A stretch of 64,000 nucleotides of DNA, from contig CM106585.1 in NCBI GenBank assembly GCA_048013815.1, positions 8,804,001 through 8,868,000 of the forward strand, read 5' to 3'. Source of the stretch: Setoptus koraiensis. Lineage: Eukaryota > Animalia > Arthropoda. Below, piece by piece: positions 1-11,778 of this stretch (position 1 is the first letter of the stretch; every line of letters starts with the position of its first letter). Both the position numbers and the translations under genes were made by a program. The notes below the pieces were generated by a model. It did not search any database and was not told the DNA's origin. It was given only the letters and a program-made list of their open reading frames with translations.

Positions 1-219
1 ACGATCTATCTGATTTGTTGTGCTAAACTTCATTTGATCACAACTCAAGGCAAATATGTGCCAGCGAGCAGCACAGTGTGTTTTATAGATGCGCTCTCTG
101 CTTGAGACACCCTTTATAACAGCCATGCGATAACATACATGTACCTATTGTTGTCAATTGAGGGATATTTCTCATTTATTTTTTTAGACTGCTTAATTAG
201 TCACAAGCATCAGCATACA

Positions 220-1011
220 ATGTTTAGCTTCAATGTATTCGCCGAACAACTCAGACCATTTGATACCATGTATAGATGCTACTCTGTATCTATGCTACCG
301 GGTCAAGAGAGGGACAACGTCGATAGAGGAGGAAGAATATTTTTGCCACCATCAGCCCTGGATCAATTAACTAGATTAAACATTGTATATCCAATGTTAT
401 TCAAACTGACCAATCCACAAAAGGAACGCACCACCCATTGTGGGGTGTTGGAATTCGTTGCAGATGAGGGCAAATGTTACATGCCCTATTGGATGATGAG
501 AAATCTTCTTTTGGAGGAGGGAGCCATGGTGAAAATAGAGTCAGTTTCCTTGCCAGTTGCCACATTCTCAAAATTTCAACCTCAATCAGTGGACTTTCTA
601 GATATTACAAATCCCAAAGCAGTTCTAGAGAACGAACTCAGGAGTTTTGCTTGTCTGACTACAGGCGACGTTATAGCCATTAGTTACAATGAAAGAATCT
701 ATGAACTTTGTGTACTAGAAACAAAACCTGGGGCTGCCGTCAGTATAATAGAATGTGATATGAACGTTGATTTTGCGCCTCCGGTTGGATACGTTGAACC
801 AACTAATGAACTCAAGAAAGAAGAGAAACAGATTGAGAAAACCACCAGGGCTCCTGTGTCTCAAGGTTTCAGACTGGACGGTAAATCAACTAAAAGTCAA
901 GAACCATTCAAACAATCCGAGTCTAAGAATACAAACAGTCAATCAGCGGCCGTTGGAGAGCCAGATCTAGATTTCCAGATAGGTCATATAAAGTTTTTTA
1001 GGAATTCCTAA
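220..1011 (+). CDS. UFD1: Ubiquitin fusion degradation protein 1 (p97/Cdc48 cofactor), single exon
   Basis: Translation aligns by eye with UFD1 (MFSFNVF..., [65 protein letters not shown]). The ATG at 220 matches the conserved MFSFN start; the ORF-track extension from 139 is not homologous. Confidence 0.96.
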   Translation: MFSFNVFAEQLRPFDTMYRCYSVSMLPGQERDNVDRGGRIFLPPSALDQLTRLNIVYPMLFKLTNPQKERTTHCGVLEFVADEGKCYMPYWMMRNLLLEEGAMVKIESVSLPVATFSKFQPQSVDFLDITNPKAVLENELRSFACLTTGDVIAISYNERIYELCVLETKPGAAVSIIECDMNVDFAPPVGYVEPTNELKKEEKQIEKTTRAPVSQGFRLDGKSTKSQEPFKQSESKNTNSQSAAVGEPDLDFQIGHIKFFRNS

Positions 1012-1064
1012 GACCAACCAACCGATATACTGTATACTGTATAATTTACAATCGAACGCGCGAG

Positions 1065-1178
1065 TATAAAAGGGCACTCACAATACGATTCAGGATTCAG
1101 TGTTGATCATGCGACCGATGTGAACGGACGCAACATCGTATCTTGTTGTGCGTTTGTTGGTCCGTCTGTCTATCGATA
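1065..1178 (+). promoter_or_regulatory. Candidate core promoter (TATA box, Inr-like TCAGT, DRE-like 8-mer) between UFD1 and FCP1
   Basis: TATAAAAG at 1065-1072, ATTCAGT at 1095-1101, TATCGATA at 1171-1178. Motif matches only; the transcript is unknown and may be FCP1 via a 5'UTR intron. Confidence 0.3.
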
Positions 1179-2131
1179 TAGGATTGATGCCTTGTTCTGT
1201 TTGTTTGTCTGTTTGTCTGTATGTCTGTCTCTAGATGCTTTGATCGCGTAAGGCGAGCTGAAATAAAAATATTCTTTTTTCAACAGCCTTCTTGATACCC
1301 AATACGTTTATCTGTTTATTTATGTGTATAAATACAAGATAATTTTTTGCTTTCTCATTTACATTATCACCTTTTCAAGCAAAACTACACGACGCTTAGA
1401 TGAATTTACTTTCAACAAATAATTATATTCTATTCTGGTGGGCGCCAATCACTAATAATTTCAGACAACAAACAAATATCAGATTATTACTGTACAGTTT
1501 CATCATATAAGATTGTATCATTTTACAATCATACAGTTACAAGTAAACATACAATCTATTATCATTAGTTTTAAGATGTTACTATATTTCCTTTGTTATT
1601 ATAAAAACATCTCATTGGTACGTATTGGTCAAATATTATCATCTATACAACAAAAACGACAACAGTACGTTTTCCATTGAACAACAACCTATAGTTTGAT
1701 ACAGCACAACATCTACTAACACCACAACTACCACAACCACCACCTCTATACAATCTTTCATGTGTTCAATAGTATATGAAACACTCTATAATAACAATAT
1801 ATTGTTACCCATGTCTAGAAAATTTCATGCTCTAATCTAACCATCGTCATTACATATACATATAAACATCTATAAATACGTTGTATCATTCAATAATTGG
1901 CGCTTCCATTCTAATCAGGAATCTATATAAATTATTCCAATTCTTACACGTCTTAACTATTCATTGTAACATACACAGATTAATATAAATTAATACCTAA
2001 TCAAGTGTCAGTTTAAGCTACGATAATAATAGCAACTTTAGCATCAAAAACATCTAATACATTTAGTAATCTATATTGTCAATCAAAATTCAAAATTATT
2101 TGATTCGTCAGAGAAAACTCATCCATTACTC

Positions 2132-3766
2132 ATGGATCCATCTACATGTCCCCATACATGCATTATTAGAGGACTTTGTTGCGATTGCGGTGCGGATCTA
2201 GAGAAACTCAACCTGAGAGATACAAAAGATGCGATTTCTGCTGCCTCAGTGTCCATGGTACATTCGGTACCTGAACTTAGGATAACAAAAGAATATGCTG
2301 AGCAGTTAGGCAAGGCAGACCAAAAGCGCTTGATTGATGAAAGAAAGTTAGTGTTGTTGGTCGATTTGGATCAAACTCTCATACATACCACCCACGAATC
2401 TGGTATCGATGATCCAAAGTCAGGCGTTCACCTGTTTCACCTATGGCCGCCATCTGAAGTGCCCAACCAGCCCGTCTATCGAACTAAATTTAGACCTCAT
2501 ATAGAAGAATTCTTTGAGAGTATGTCAAAGTTGTTTGAATTCCACATATGCACTTTCGGGGCTAGGAACTATGCTCACAAGATCGCTAGTCTGCTAGATC
2601 CAGAGCAAAAATATTTCGCATCGAGGATTCTATCTAGAGATGAGTGTTTCGACCCACACTCTAAAACAGGAAATATGAAAGAACTATTCCCTTGTGGCGA
2701 TTCTATGGTTTGTATAATCGACGATCGTGAAGACGTTTGGAACTATGCGCCAAATCTTGTTTTGGTGAAACCGTATACATATTTTCAATCTACAGGAGAC
2801 ATAAATTCACCATATAGACAGCGTGGTAATATTCAATACCAATCCAGTGGGCAAGCATCTACAGACTCAACAGACAATGAAGATCTTACAGATCATGATG
2901 ATGATGATTCCCAACTAGATGACGCAACAGAGCTTGAAGCACTTCTTATGCAAGATTGTGTGAGAGAATCTGCCGAGGCCGAGAAAGATAAAGATGGCAG
3001 CTCTGATTCGAAAGAAGACCAGACATCTACTACGAAGGTAGATGCTACTGATCAACCCAACACCAGCATAGAGGAGACCTTGATGAATTATCGACCAAAG
3101 AGAAAATCGCCTGATGAAGATGATGTCGATACAAACGGAGCCGGACAAATGATTGGAGAACCTTCTAAATCTGCCAAACTTGACGATAACTCAGATACCC
3201 CGAGCAACGATTGTGCTTCAACTACTGAAAGTCATAAAAACTACAATAACGATGAGGATGATTACTTACTATATCTACAGGATATTTTGAGAACAATACA
3301 CAAAAAATTCTACGAAGATCTTGATGAGAAGAGACGTTATTTAGAAGAAGGTGATAATTTTAAGCTTCCAGATCTCAAAGAAATCATTCCATTAGTCAAA
3401 AAATCAGTGTTGGCTAGAGTCAACGCTGTTTTCAGCGGAGTAATACCGACAAACTGTCAGCAAGAGACGAACAAAGCTTACATTTTAGCCAGGAACTTTG
3501 GTGCGAAATTGTCCAGGGATATCATCGAGGATGGGTTCGAAAGAACTACTCACTTGATTGCTTCAAAACCAGGAACAGCTAAAGTGCTTCAAGTTCAAAA
3601 GTTGAATAGACGCTGTAGAGATAGACCAAACATATGGATTGTTACACCTCAATGGCTATATGAGTCGGCTGAAAGATGGTCCATCTCCGAAGAGATGGCT
3701 TTTCCTCTTAAGAATACTAAATCTTCGCACATTAGCAGCAGTTCTAGCAGCAGCAGTGCCAACTGA
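2132..3766 (+). CDS. CTDP1: RNA polymerase II CTD phosphatase FCP1
   Basis: CxH...CxxCGADL zinc motif, FCPH domain with catalytic LLVDLDQTLIHT (DxDxT), RILSRDEC, MVCIIDDREDVW, and a BRCT domain (VFSGVIP...TTHLIA...IVTPQWLYES). Confidence 0.95.
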   Translation: MDPSTCPHTCIIRGLCCDCGADLEKLNLRDTKDAISAASVSMVHSVPELRITKEYAEQLGKADQKRLIDERKLVLLVDLDQTLIHTTHESGIDDPKSGVHLFHLWPPSEVPNQPVYRTKFRPHIEEFFESMSKLFEFHICTFGARNYAHKIASLLDPEQKYFASRILSRDECFDPHSKTGNMKELFPCGDSMVCIIDDREDVWNYAPNLVLVKPYTYFQSTGDINSPYRQRGNIQYQSSGQASTDSTDNEDLTDHDDDDSQLDDATELEALLMQDCVRESAEAEKDKDGSSDSKEDQTSTTKVDATDQPNTSIEETLMNYRPKRKSPDEDDVDTNGAGQMIGEPSKSAKLDDNSDTPSNDCASTTESHKNYNNDEDDYLLYLQDILRTIHKKFYEDLDEKRRYLEEGDNFKLPDLKEIIPLVKKSVLARVNAVFSGVIPTNCQQETNKAYILARNFGAKLSRDIIEDGFERTTHLIASKPGTAKVLQVQKLNRRCRDRPNIWIVTPQWLYESAERWSISEEMAFPLKNTKSSHISSSSSSSSAN

Positions 3767-3941
3767 ATGTTGATATAAATGACTTATAGGAAAACCTAAA
3801 AACGAAAATAACCTATTATTAATTAGATGGTATAATTGATTGCTCCTAATCTTTTCGGTTTTGATTTTTTAGTCAAATATAACTACTATTTATATAAATC
3901 AAATATTCTGAGACGATAAATGTATTGTAAAATCAAATATC

Positions 3942-4703
3942 TTATCTACCAGGTTGTTCCTGACTTGGACCGCTGAAAGTCATAAGAAGTAATACAGCCG
4001 CAACTATATAGATCCAGTACTTGCCGAAAAATGATCTATTGTCTCTTTTGTCGTCCCTCAATTTGCTATCTCGTTCCTCTTCCATCCTCTTAATGTATGT
4101 AGTGGTATCAGGGTAGGGTCCAGCGATTGAGTGAACAATATCGACAGTGGTATTGAATGTATTACTAACTAATTCATCCGAAACCGACTTATCAGGTAGA
4201 CATTCCGGATTGGATGCGTAAATGTTGATGCTAATGAATTCATTCAGTTGACTTAGGTTGATATCAATGAAATCGACCAAATTGGACATGTAAATCGAAC
4301 AAGATTTAGTTAGAGTCTGCACAATTCTTGATTCTTGAGTATCGCCTGATTTTTTTGTCGTAGCTCTAAGATAATATAGTTCATTATTTTCATGAGATTT
4401 CCTCAAGAGCTTCATCTCCTCATGACTCAGTTGTTTCTGGCTAATCTTTGCCTGGCTAGCTCGTTGTTGCGTTTGAGGATTTACAGTTATCACACCACGC
4501 GGTAGATATTCCGACTGAGAGCCAAATTTGTGATGCAATTCTATTGTGAAAGGTTCGACATTTTTGGCCAGTTTAACATCTTTCCCATTGGGATTGGCAT
4601 CGACCCTGTTTGTTGTGAGTAGAATTACTAAACATGACCATGTGATTGCGATGATGGATAAGCCTAAGACGCTATCAAAACCATACCGATAAGATGTCAT
4701 CAT
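3942..4703 (-). CDS. EMC10: ER membrane protein complex subunit 10
   Basis: N-terminal hydrophobic signal, ELHH..RG.I motif, GPYPDT..YIKRMEEER, and C-terminal RSFFGKYWIYIV transmembrane segment typical of EMC10. Confidence 0.85.
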   Translation of the reverse strand: MMTSYRYGFDSVLGLSIIAITWSCLVILLTTNRVDANPNGKDVKLAKNVEPFTIELHHKFGSQSEYLPRGVITVNPQTQQRASQAKISQKQLSHEEMKLLRKSHENNELYYLRATTKKSGDTQESRIVQTLTKSCSIYMSNLVDFIDINLSQLNEFISINIYASNPECLPDKSVSDELVSNTFNTTVDIVHSIAGPYPDTTTYIKRMEEERDSKLRDDKRDNRSFFGKYWIYIVAAVLLLMTFSGPSQEQPGR

Positions 4704-5669
4704 GACAGTGGTCCAAATATTGGTTGCTGGTAGTTATTTAGATGGTGATAGTATGTGTAGCGCGATAATATCCATTAGGTCTATTTCAAAACGACGCAAT
4801 GCGATCACGTTTGTCAATGTTTTAATTTTGTTTCTTCAGCGGCAAAATTGAATTTTTACGCAACATCACGTGTATGAGAGTCGAGAGTTTGATGCTGGGA
4901 TTATCTAATGTGCATTGCCTGCGATTTTACAACCGAATGAGTGTGTTCATTAACTACATGTGTAGGTTGTATGCCAACAAGGGGCTATGGTTGCGCAAAT
5001 TAATGTTGGTCAGCGACAATAATCATAATGGTCATTGCATTCAGTGGAGCGTTTAGATGTAATTGAGAGATGCTCATGTGTAGAGTCAATATTTTAATGA
5101 GTGGAGCATTCGAAACGTGCGCTTACCGCGCCTATTGGTCAAAATTTTTGCATCTCCATGGATATTACATGTAGCGTACAATTCGAAATTTTGAGCCGTT
5201 TCTTTCTTTGTGCTACGAACTGCTGTGTGTACCATTCGAAATTCGAATTATATTCATATAAATAGATTGACACACACACACACACACAACCGTACAAACG
5301 CACAAACAGACTTGGACACGCACGCACAAGCGTAAACAGCTACGAAAGCTGACATACGAACAGACAGACGCGCAGGCACACACATATTAACCACAACGAA
5401 TCAACAGTGCGCTGTTCATTCGCAGGGATAGGCGCAACAGTGTACCTTTAGTTCATATGTGTGTGTATACATACTGTGTATGCTGATGACTGCGTAATTT
5501 TATTATTATATTACCATTTTTTTATTACTAGTATGCATCGATTGGATTTAATTATAGTATTGTTATTGTCATTTTATAAATTGCATCATCATCATCACCA
5601 TCATCATCACCACCGCCACTACTACCAGAATTGATACACAACTGGTTTTGACACCACCGTCGGCGCTTG

Positions 5670-8558
5670 ATGGATCTCCAGGAGATTTTCGTCGAATGCG
5701 ACACGAATAAAACAAATTCACTGGAATTGGGCATAGTTGTTGTCGCGCCACCAGAATCTAATGGCGGACTCAAAATAACCAAAATTCAACCAGACAGTGC
5801 AGTGGACAGAAATGGATTATTCAAAGAGGGAGATGTTATTTTAAAAGTAAACGGTATTAGTCTAGAAAATATGTCATTCAAAGATGCTCAAGCTCTACTT
5901 AAGCGTGAGTTACAACCCACAATAACTCTTACGGTTAAGAGACAGACAACGGAACAACACAAAGACAACAAACACTTTGTTGAGGCGCTCAATACTAGAA
6001 TGGTTGGCGTTGAGCATCATATCCGCCTGAAAAAAGGCCCAAAAGGCCTCGGATTTAAAATTGCCAGCAGAGATAATAGATCGAGAGCACGGTGTCCTGT
6101 TAAAATCACATCTATTGAATCAGAAGGTGCCGCTATTCTAGACGGCAATCTTAAATTGGGCGATATGTTGCTCAAAGTAAACGGCATAGATTGCACTGAT
6201 AAATCACAAAACGAAGTCGCCGCCATACTACGCAATATACAAACAGATGAATATGCAGACATATTGATCTCTCGTCTCGATACAAATCCTCCATCAGATG
6301 ACTCTAGCTCTGCTACTGAACAAATCGAATCTCTCACACTAGATATTCCTTTCAATGACACCGGATCAGCCGGTTTGGGTATTCATATGAAAAAGCCAGT
6401 TCTTGATGACCATGGCGAATTGGTGAATTCAGAGAATCTGGGCGTATGGGTCGCTAACATAATGCACGGCGGGGCTGCATGGAAGGATGGTAGGCTACAA
6501 CCTAATGATGAGTTGACCGCAATCAACGGTATTAGTCTAATAGGCCTATCGGTAGCCGCTGCCAAAGAAACTATAGCCAAAGAAGCCGTCCAAGCATCTG
6601 GTCCTAACGCCATTCCCAATGTTATCAGGCTATCAATCTTGAGGAGAAAAGAACCAGTCTCAAACGAACGCTCTTTCTCATCTCCCATCACTCAAGCCTC
6701 AACTTCTATTGAACAGAATAGCAGTAGCAAGACGAACGCAACAAAATCACCTGACACAGAACTAACCAATGTGACACATAGTCAAGGAACACTATCGGCT
6801 TTCAATGCTCCACAAGTCTTCGACTCAAGCTCTCTTAATGAATCCTATCGTAACTTAAATATCTCAGCTAGTCTTCAGTCCCTTGAAGGGGAACTAACTG
6901 AAGCTGAAGAAGCTGAAAGTTTCCGTCGCGACGGATTTGGACGCCAAAGTATGTCAGAGAAAAGACACGCACAATTGAATGCAAAAAATACTGACACCTA
7001 TAGAAGGAGTCGTAAAGCCAAGGAAGATAGAGAGCAAGAGGAACAAGTGCGTCTTGAAATTGAGCGACAGAAAATGGTTGAACTTGCCAATAATAGAAGA
7101 AGTCTTAATCTCTCACAAATACAACACAACAATAATAGATTGCCATCATCTAATTGTGCCATGAACAGTATCGCATTAACTTTGCCAAAACACTATAGAC
7201 AATATTCCCAAGCTACTAATTACAATTATTCAAATGAACTACCCGTTGACGTGCAAATTTCTAGAGAACCATGCATGGCTCTAGAACCTCAAACGAACGG
7301 CGACTCGGCCATGGGATTGTCACACTCCATAACCAATTTCCAGTCACCCAAGATCCATGTCCCCGTTGAAATCAATAGCACTCCAAGATTGAATCATCAT
7401 CGCACACTCGAAGCTGAAGTTGACAGTATTAATAGAGGATCTAGACATATATTTTCTTCTTCATCATGTTTCAAATGTCGGTCTCCTGGTTCATGTCCTT
7501 ACCACCACAAATCAGATGAAATTTCGTCCCAATCGTATGAAGAGAGAGCTCCAACAAGGAAAGAACCTGACATGGCTTCAAACAGCTCTGGCAGTAAAAA
7601 AGGTTCAAGTCTATTCAGATTCTTCAAACTTGGAAGTCGCAAAGAAAAGAAGAAGAAAGATGATACGGTTGTATCGGTGACCAACTCAGCTGAGAGTGAT
7701 ACTTCACATTCGGAAGCCCGATCAGATCAGAAGAATTTGGCCAGGCAAGATGCTCAGAGAGAGCAAGAAAAGATAGATGAACATTACAGAAAATTTGTTC
7801 AACAGCGCCAGCAATCACCTAATGGTTTTACAACTCACCCTCGACTGCAAAATCAAGTGCCGCCCCCTGCGAGATTCGCCTTACAACGACCACCTGAATG
7901 CCACAAGTACTCAAATGGTAACGGGATTAATTCAATCCGACCTCAAGTCATCAGTCATTCACATCATCCTCACCAACAGGCGCCTGATGTTTATATGGAG
8001 AAGCAACAAAGCATCACCCAACCGATAGCCAAGTTCGCCCTTCAGAGACCAACCGAAGAAAACCCATATAGAATTGATATCAATTCAATTCAACCACAAC
8101 AGTATAATCAATTCATCGGCCAAAATCACATCCACCAGAAGGCGGTCAACCATCTTGATCAAAACCGGTTATCCATGACAACTAGAATTCACCCCCAACG
8201 ACCTCCGGTATGTCCTCAGTTTTTAAATAATGTTAACAATGGTAATAATCTAAGTATTAATATCGCTCAACCACGACAATACTATCAATACATGAACCAG
8301 CAACCATATCATCAACCATATATCAATCAGCAACAAAACCACCATCATCAATACATCAATCAACCACCAATGCACCATCAATACATTAATCAGCAACCAC
8401 ATCTCCATCAATACAACAACCAGCAAATGCGTCCACATCAATATAACAATCAACCATCACATCATCACCAAGCAATGAGTATCTATCTAGACCAAGCGCA
8501 TCAACATCCAAGTCAAATACCAACGAATGCATATCTACAGTACTCACAGATATTGTAA
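5670..8558 (+). CDS. PARD3: Par-3/Bazooka polarity scaffold (3 PDZ domains)
   Basis: Three PDZ domains (e.g. LKKGPKGLGFKIASRDN...GAAILDGNLKLGD; DTGSAGLGI...GAAWKDGRLQPND), aPKC-binding CR3 motif FRRDGFGRQSMSEKRHA, and polybasic LFRFFKLGSRKEKKKK. First in-frame ATG is at 5670 (the ORF track starts at TTG 5667). Confidence 0.93.
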   Translation: MDLQEIFVECDTNKTNSLELGIVVVAPPESNGGLKITKIQPDSAVDRNGLFKEGDVILKVNGISLENMSFKDAQALLKRELQPTITLTVKRQTTEQHKDNKHFVEALNTRMVGVEHHIRLKKGPKGLGFKIASRDNRSRARCPVKITSIESEGAAILDGNLKLGDMLLKVNGIDCTDKSQNEVAAILRNIQTDEYADILISRLDTNPPSDDSSSATEQIESLTLDIPFNDTGSAGLGIHMKKPVLDDHGELVNSENLGVWVANIMHGGAAWKDGRLQPNDELTAINGISLIGLSVAAAKETIAKEAVQASGPNAIPNVIRLSILRRKEPVSNERSFSSPITQASTSIEQNSSSKTNATKSPDTELTNVTHSQGTLSAFNAPQVFDSSSLNESYRNLNISASLQSLEGELTEAEEAESFRRDGFGRQSMSEKRHAQLNAKNTDTYRRSRKAKEDREQEEQVRLEIERQKMVELANNRRSLNLSQIQHNNNRLPSSNCAMNSIALTLPKHYRQYSQATNYNYSNELPVDVQISREPCMALEPQTNGDSAMGLSHSITNFQSPKIHVPVEINSTPRLNHHRTLEAEVDSINRGSRHIFSSSSCFKCRSPGSCPYHHKSDEISSQSYEERAPTRKEPDMASNSSGSKKGSSLFRFFKLGSRKEKKKKDDTVVSVTNSAESDTSHSEARSDQKNLARQDAQREQEKIDEHYRKFVQQRQQSPNGFTTHPRLQNQVPPPARFALQRPPECHKYSNGNGINSIRPQVISHSHHPHQQAPDVYMEKQQSITQPIAKFALQRPTEENPYRIDINSIQPQQYNQFIGQNHIHQKAVNHLDQNRLSMTTRIHPQRPPVCPQFLNNVNNGNNLSINIAQPRQYYQYMNQQPYHQPYINQQQNHHHQYINQPPMHHQYINQQPHLHQYNNQQMRPHQYNNQPSHHHQAMSIYLDQAHQHPSQIPTNAYLQYSQIL

Positions 8559-8601
8559 TTATGTTTTTATATAATTTAATCTTATTAAATGATTCACGAG
8601 C

Positions 8602-11600
8602 TTAATTACGTCTTTTACGTGTTCTAGAGATTCTCCATGCGTTAGGTTCTTCATACTTATTGTAGAGAGGTTCCAGCTTAAGTTTCTTCTTGTTACGGCT
8701 TAACTTCGTCGGGTCGGAGAATCTGAAGAAAGAAGGCGCAAACTCAACCAACCACCTCGGGTCGATAGTGGTTACCTCTCGCATATATTCCTTTGTTGTT
8801 AAAACTAGTTCGTGGTAAATTGTCCATTCAGGTTGATGATGGAACAATGAGCTAGAAGGGTGTATATAGACGACCTGACCATCTACCACAGTCCTGTAAC
8901 CTTCCTGGGGATCCTTTTTGGCTGCATTTCTGAAGAATCCACTACAAATGGCTTTCTGTATACGCGCAGTGGCTCTACCACAAGATACCACATCGAGCTT
9001 GTGTCTATCCATAATACTTAATAATTGTTTCCTAATATCTTGAGCTCTTTTCAGACTTCTCATTTGTACAAAGTTTTCGAAACACCATGATGCAGAAAAC
9101 TTGTTGTTCTTCCAAGCATTATAGACTGCGAGAAGAGTTAGGTGATCGCCTTCGGGTTGATTGAATTTAGCTTTTTTAGAATCTGCCATAGCTTGATTCT
9201 CTTTTGGTCTATACCAGACATTCTGTACAGATAGCATAGATACTATTGTTAGTAACTCGTCGCTACATCCTAAATTGACAGACATTATCAACATCTTTGA
9301 TAGATTAGGTTCCATCGGAAATTCCGCCATCCTTCTACCAAGCCTGGTCAAAAGACCCTCATCGTCCAAACCTCCCAAGTAATAAAGTAACTCCAAAGCG
9401 GCTACGAGAGATTCAGCTGGTGGCTTGTCCATAAAATCAAATGATAAGAGATCATTTATACCCATAGCTTTGAGCTGCAGAACAGTCGAAGCTAAATTGG
9501 TTCGTTGAATTTCTGGTACAGATGTTGTTAACATCTCTTCACTGTAAGCCCTTTCAGTGTATAACCTGAAACACTTACCAGGGCCAGTACGTCCAGCACG
9601 ACCAGCTCTTTGTCTTGCCTGTGCCTGAGATATTGGGGTTACAATCAATGAGTCCATACCTGTCTTGGAATTATAAACTTTCTGCTTGACGAAACCAGGG
9701 TCAATCACATAGTAGATACCATCTATAGTCAATGATGTCTCCGCGATGTTTGTAGCAATAACTACTTTACGTGACCCGGGCGCAGCAGGCTCAAATATCT
9801 TGGATTGCATTTCACTAGGTAAGGCTGAGTACACTGGTAGTATAATTAGTTCGGGAACCTCAGGTCCAAGGTCTTTCATCCGCTGGAAAAGAATCTCGCA
9901 AGCGTTATCAATCTCTTCTTGACCAGTCAAGAACAATAGTATATCACCAGGTGGTTCTGTTAGATGGATTTGCATAACACAAATTATAGATGCATCAAGG
10001 TAATCAGTTTCGGGCTCTTTCAAGTATTGAACTTGCACTTCAAACGTTCTACCAGGTATCGTAAATATGGGAGCCTGATAAAAGTATTCGGAAAATTTGA
10101 TTTGATCCAGGGTGGCTGAAGTAACTATTAACTTGAAATCAGTTCTTTTGGTTACTGCAGCCTTTAATAGACCAAACAGAACATCTGTATGGATTGTTCT
10201 CTCGTGGGCTTCGTCCAACATTATCACAGAATAATTGGCTAGGTCTTGATCGAGCAGACATTCTCTAAGTAGCATACCGTCGGTCATGTACTTTATTTGT
10301 GTCTCATTGCAGGTGCAATCTTCAAAACGAATAGTGTACCCGACTTCTTGGCCCAGTCTACAACCATACTCCTCTGCAACACGCTTAGCCACTGACATTG
10401 CCGCCACCCTCCTAGGTTGTGTACAACCGATCATTTTGCCTTTATCTAAGTAAATCTTTCTGCCTCTGTTGTCGGTGGCTTCGGCTAAATATTGTGTCAT
10501 CTGAGTAGTTTTACCACTTCCAGTCTCTCCAATGACGACAAGTATCTTGTTTTCCGCAATCGATTTCAATAATTCTTCTTTCAATCCATATATAGGTAAA
10601 CTTTTGCGTTGATCGACGATTGATAACTGTGTCTTCTTACCGTACGACGCTGACTGTTTATTGATAACTCTTTTCCACTCAGGCAAATCTTGGGCTCTTT
10701 TATAAGACGACATAGGCGTGGAACTTTCGGGCAAAGGATCAATCCATTCCTGGCCGAAACCAGTAGCGTTGGAGTTATGTTCAGCTTGCTGTTGCTGCTG
10801 TCTAATTTCCCGACTTTCTTTGGAAAGCGCCGCTCTCATCATGGCAGCTTTAGATAATGAACCATCTGGATTCTTGACTATTCTAACAGGCTCTATATCG
10901 GTTGAACCAAAAAGACCTTGGCCGCGTAAAAATGGTGCACCTTGTTCAGCCATCTCTACCTCCACATCTTCAACGTCATCATCGTCATCTTTTGGCAACA
11001 ACCCAGTTTCTTCATCGTAGTCAGGTCTCAGTTTCTTATCCATAGCGCAAGCGGCCTCCATCTGTTTCCACTCCCACTTTTCGGGTGATGACATTCGTTT
11101 AAGTATCTTAGTTCTAGTCTCTCTGTCTTCAGCTGTCTCGGGCTTGCTGAGGAGAGTGTCTGCTAGAGGCCCTGGGCCTACTGGATTTCTGATGTCGATA
11201 TCATCATCCGATTGGTAATCATTCTTTTGATTTCGTTCATTGTATCGGCTGAATTCATTTCTTCTGTCATCCCCTTTTTCATCGTGTGATTTCTCTCGAT
11301 CATCGTATCTATGATGGTTCTTCGAGTCAGGAGAATGACGATCTCTGTGATGACGATCTCTGTGATGACGATCTCCATGATGTCTGTCTCTGTGATGCCG
11401 GTCTTTATGATGTCGGTCTTCATGGTGTCGGTCTCTGTGTTCTCTATCGTGATGGTCATCTCTTCTCCTGGAACTAGATTCCGACGAAGTGGTAGTAGTT
11501 TTGTGATGGTCAGATCGATCAGGCCTATCAGGTTGATTCTTCTTTTTGATTGGACGCATTAATTGTATCAGTTTAAATAAAGAATTCACAAGTGCATCAC

Positions 11601-11778
11601 TGAATTCAGCATCATTTTCTTCTAGAGCTCGTTTGAATGCGTCCAATTTGGCATTACTGTCATAGAGATGTATGATGAATTCCGCTAGATCTTTGTCGTC
11701 CGGCATCGAATGATTTTCCAATTCCGTACATATTTTCGATACCAACGATAGATATTGCAACTTTTCCAAGACATCCAT
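8602..11778 (-). CDS. DHX8: DEAH-box spliceosomal helicase Prp22/DHX8, single exon
   Basis: N-terminal [50 protein letters not shown], and C-terminal [16 protein letters not shown]; closely matches DHX8 motifs. Confidence 0.98.
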   Translation of the reverse strand: MDVLEKLQYLSLVSKICTELENHSMPDDKDLAEFIIHLYDSNAKLDAFKRALEENDAEFSDALVNSLFKLIQLMRPIKKKNQPDRPDRSDHHKTTTTSSESSSRRRDDHHDREHRDRHHEDRHHKDRHHRDRHHGDRHHRDRHHRDRHSPDSKNHHRYDDREKSHDEKGDDRRNEFSRYNERNQKNDYQSDDDIDIRNPVGPGPLADTLLSKPETAEDRETRTKILKRMSSPEKWEWKQMEAACAMDKKLRPDYDEETGLLPKDDDDDVEDVEVEMAEQGAPFLRGQGLFGSTDIEPVRIVKNPDGSLSKAAMMRAALSKESREIRQQQQQAEHNSNATGFGQEWIDPLPESSTPMSSYKRAQDLPEWKRVINKQSASYGKKTQLSIVDQRKSLPIYGLKEELLKSIAENKILVVIGETGSGKTTQMTQYLAEATDNRGRKIYLDKGKMIGCTQPRRVAAMSVAKRVAEEYGCRLGQEVGYTIRFEDCTCNETQIKYMTDGMLLRECLLDQDLANYSVIMLDEAHERTIHTDVLFGLLKAAVTKRTDFKLIVTSATLDQIKFSEYFYQAPIFTIPGRTFEVQVQYLKEPETDYLDASIICVMQIHLTEPPGDILLFLTGQEEIDNACEILFQRMKDLGPEVPELIILPVYSALPSEMQSKIFEPAAPGSRKVVIATNIAETSLTIDGIYYVIDPGFVKQKVYNSKTGMDSLIVTPISQAQARQRAGRAGRTGPGKCFRLYTERAYSEEMLTTSVPEIQRTNLASTVLQLKAMGINDLLSFDFMDKPPAESLVAALELLYYLGGLDDEGLLTRLGRRMAEFPMEPNLSKMLIMSVNLGCSDELLTIVSMLSVQNVWYRPKENQAMADSKKAKFNQPEGDHLTLLAVYNAWKNNKFSASWCFENFVQMRSLKRAQDIRKQLLSIMDRHKLDVVSCGRATARIQKAICSGFFRNAAKKDPQEGYRTVVDGQVVYIHPSSSLFHHQPEWTIYHELVLTTKEYMREVTTIDPRWLVEFAPSFFRFSDPTKLSRNKKKLKLEPLYNKYEEPNAWRISRTRKRRN

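Noticed and set aside
139-219. 27-aa N-terminal extension of UFD1 in the ORF track
   Set aside because: No homology; the conserved start is the ATG at 220. The segment contains a possible short GT-AG 5'UTR intron.
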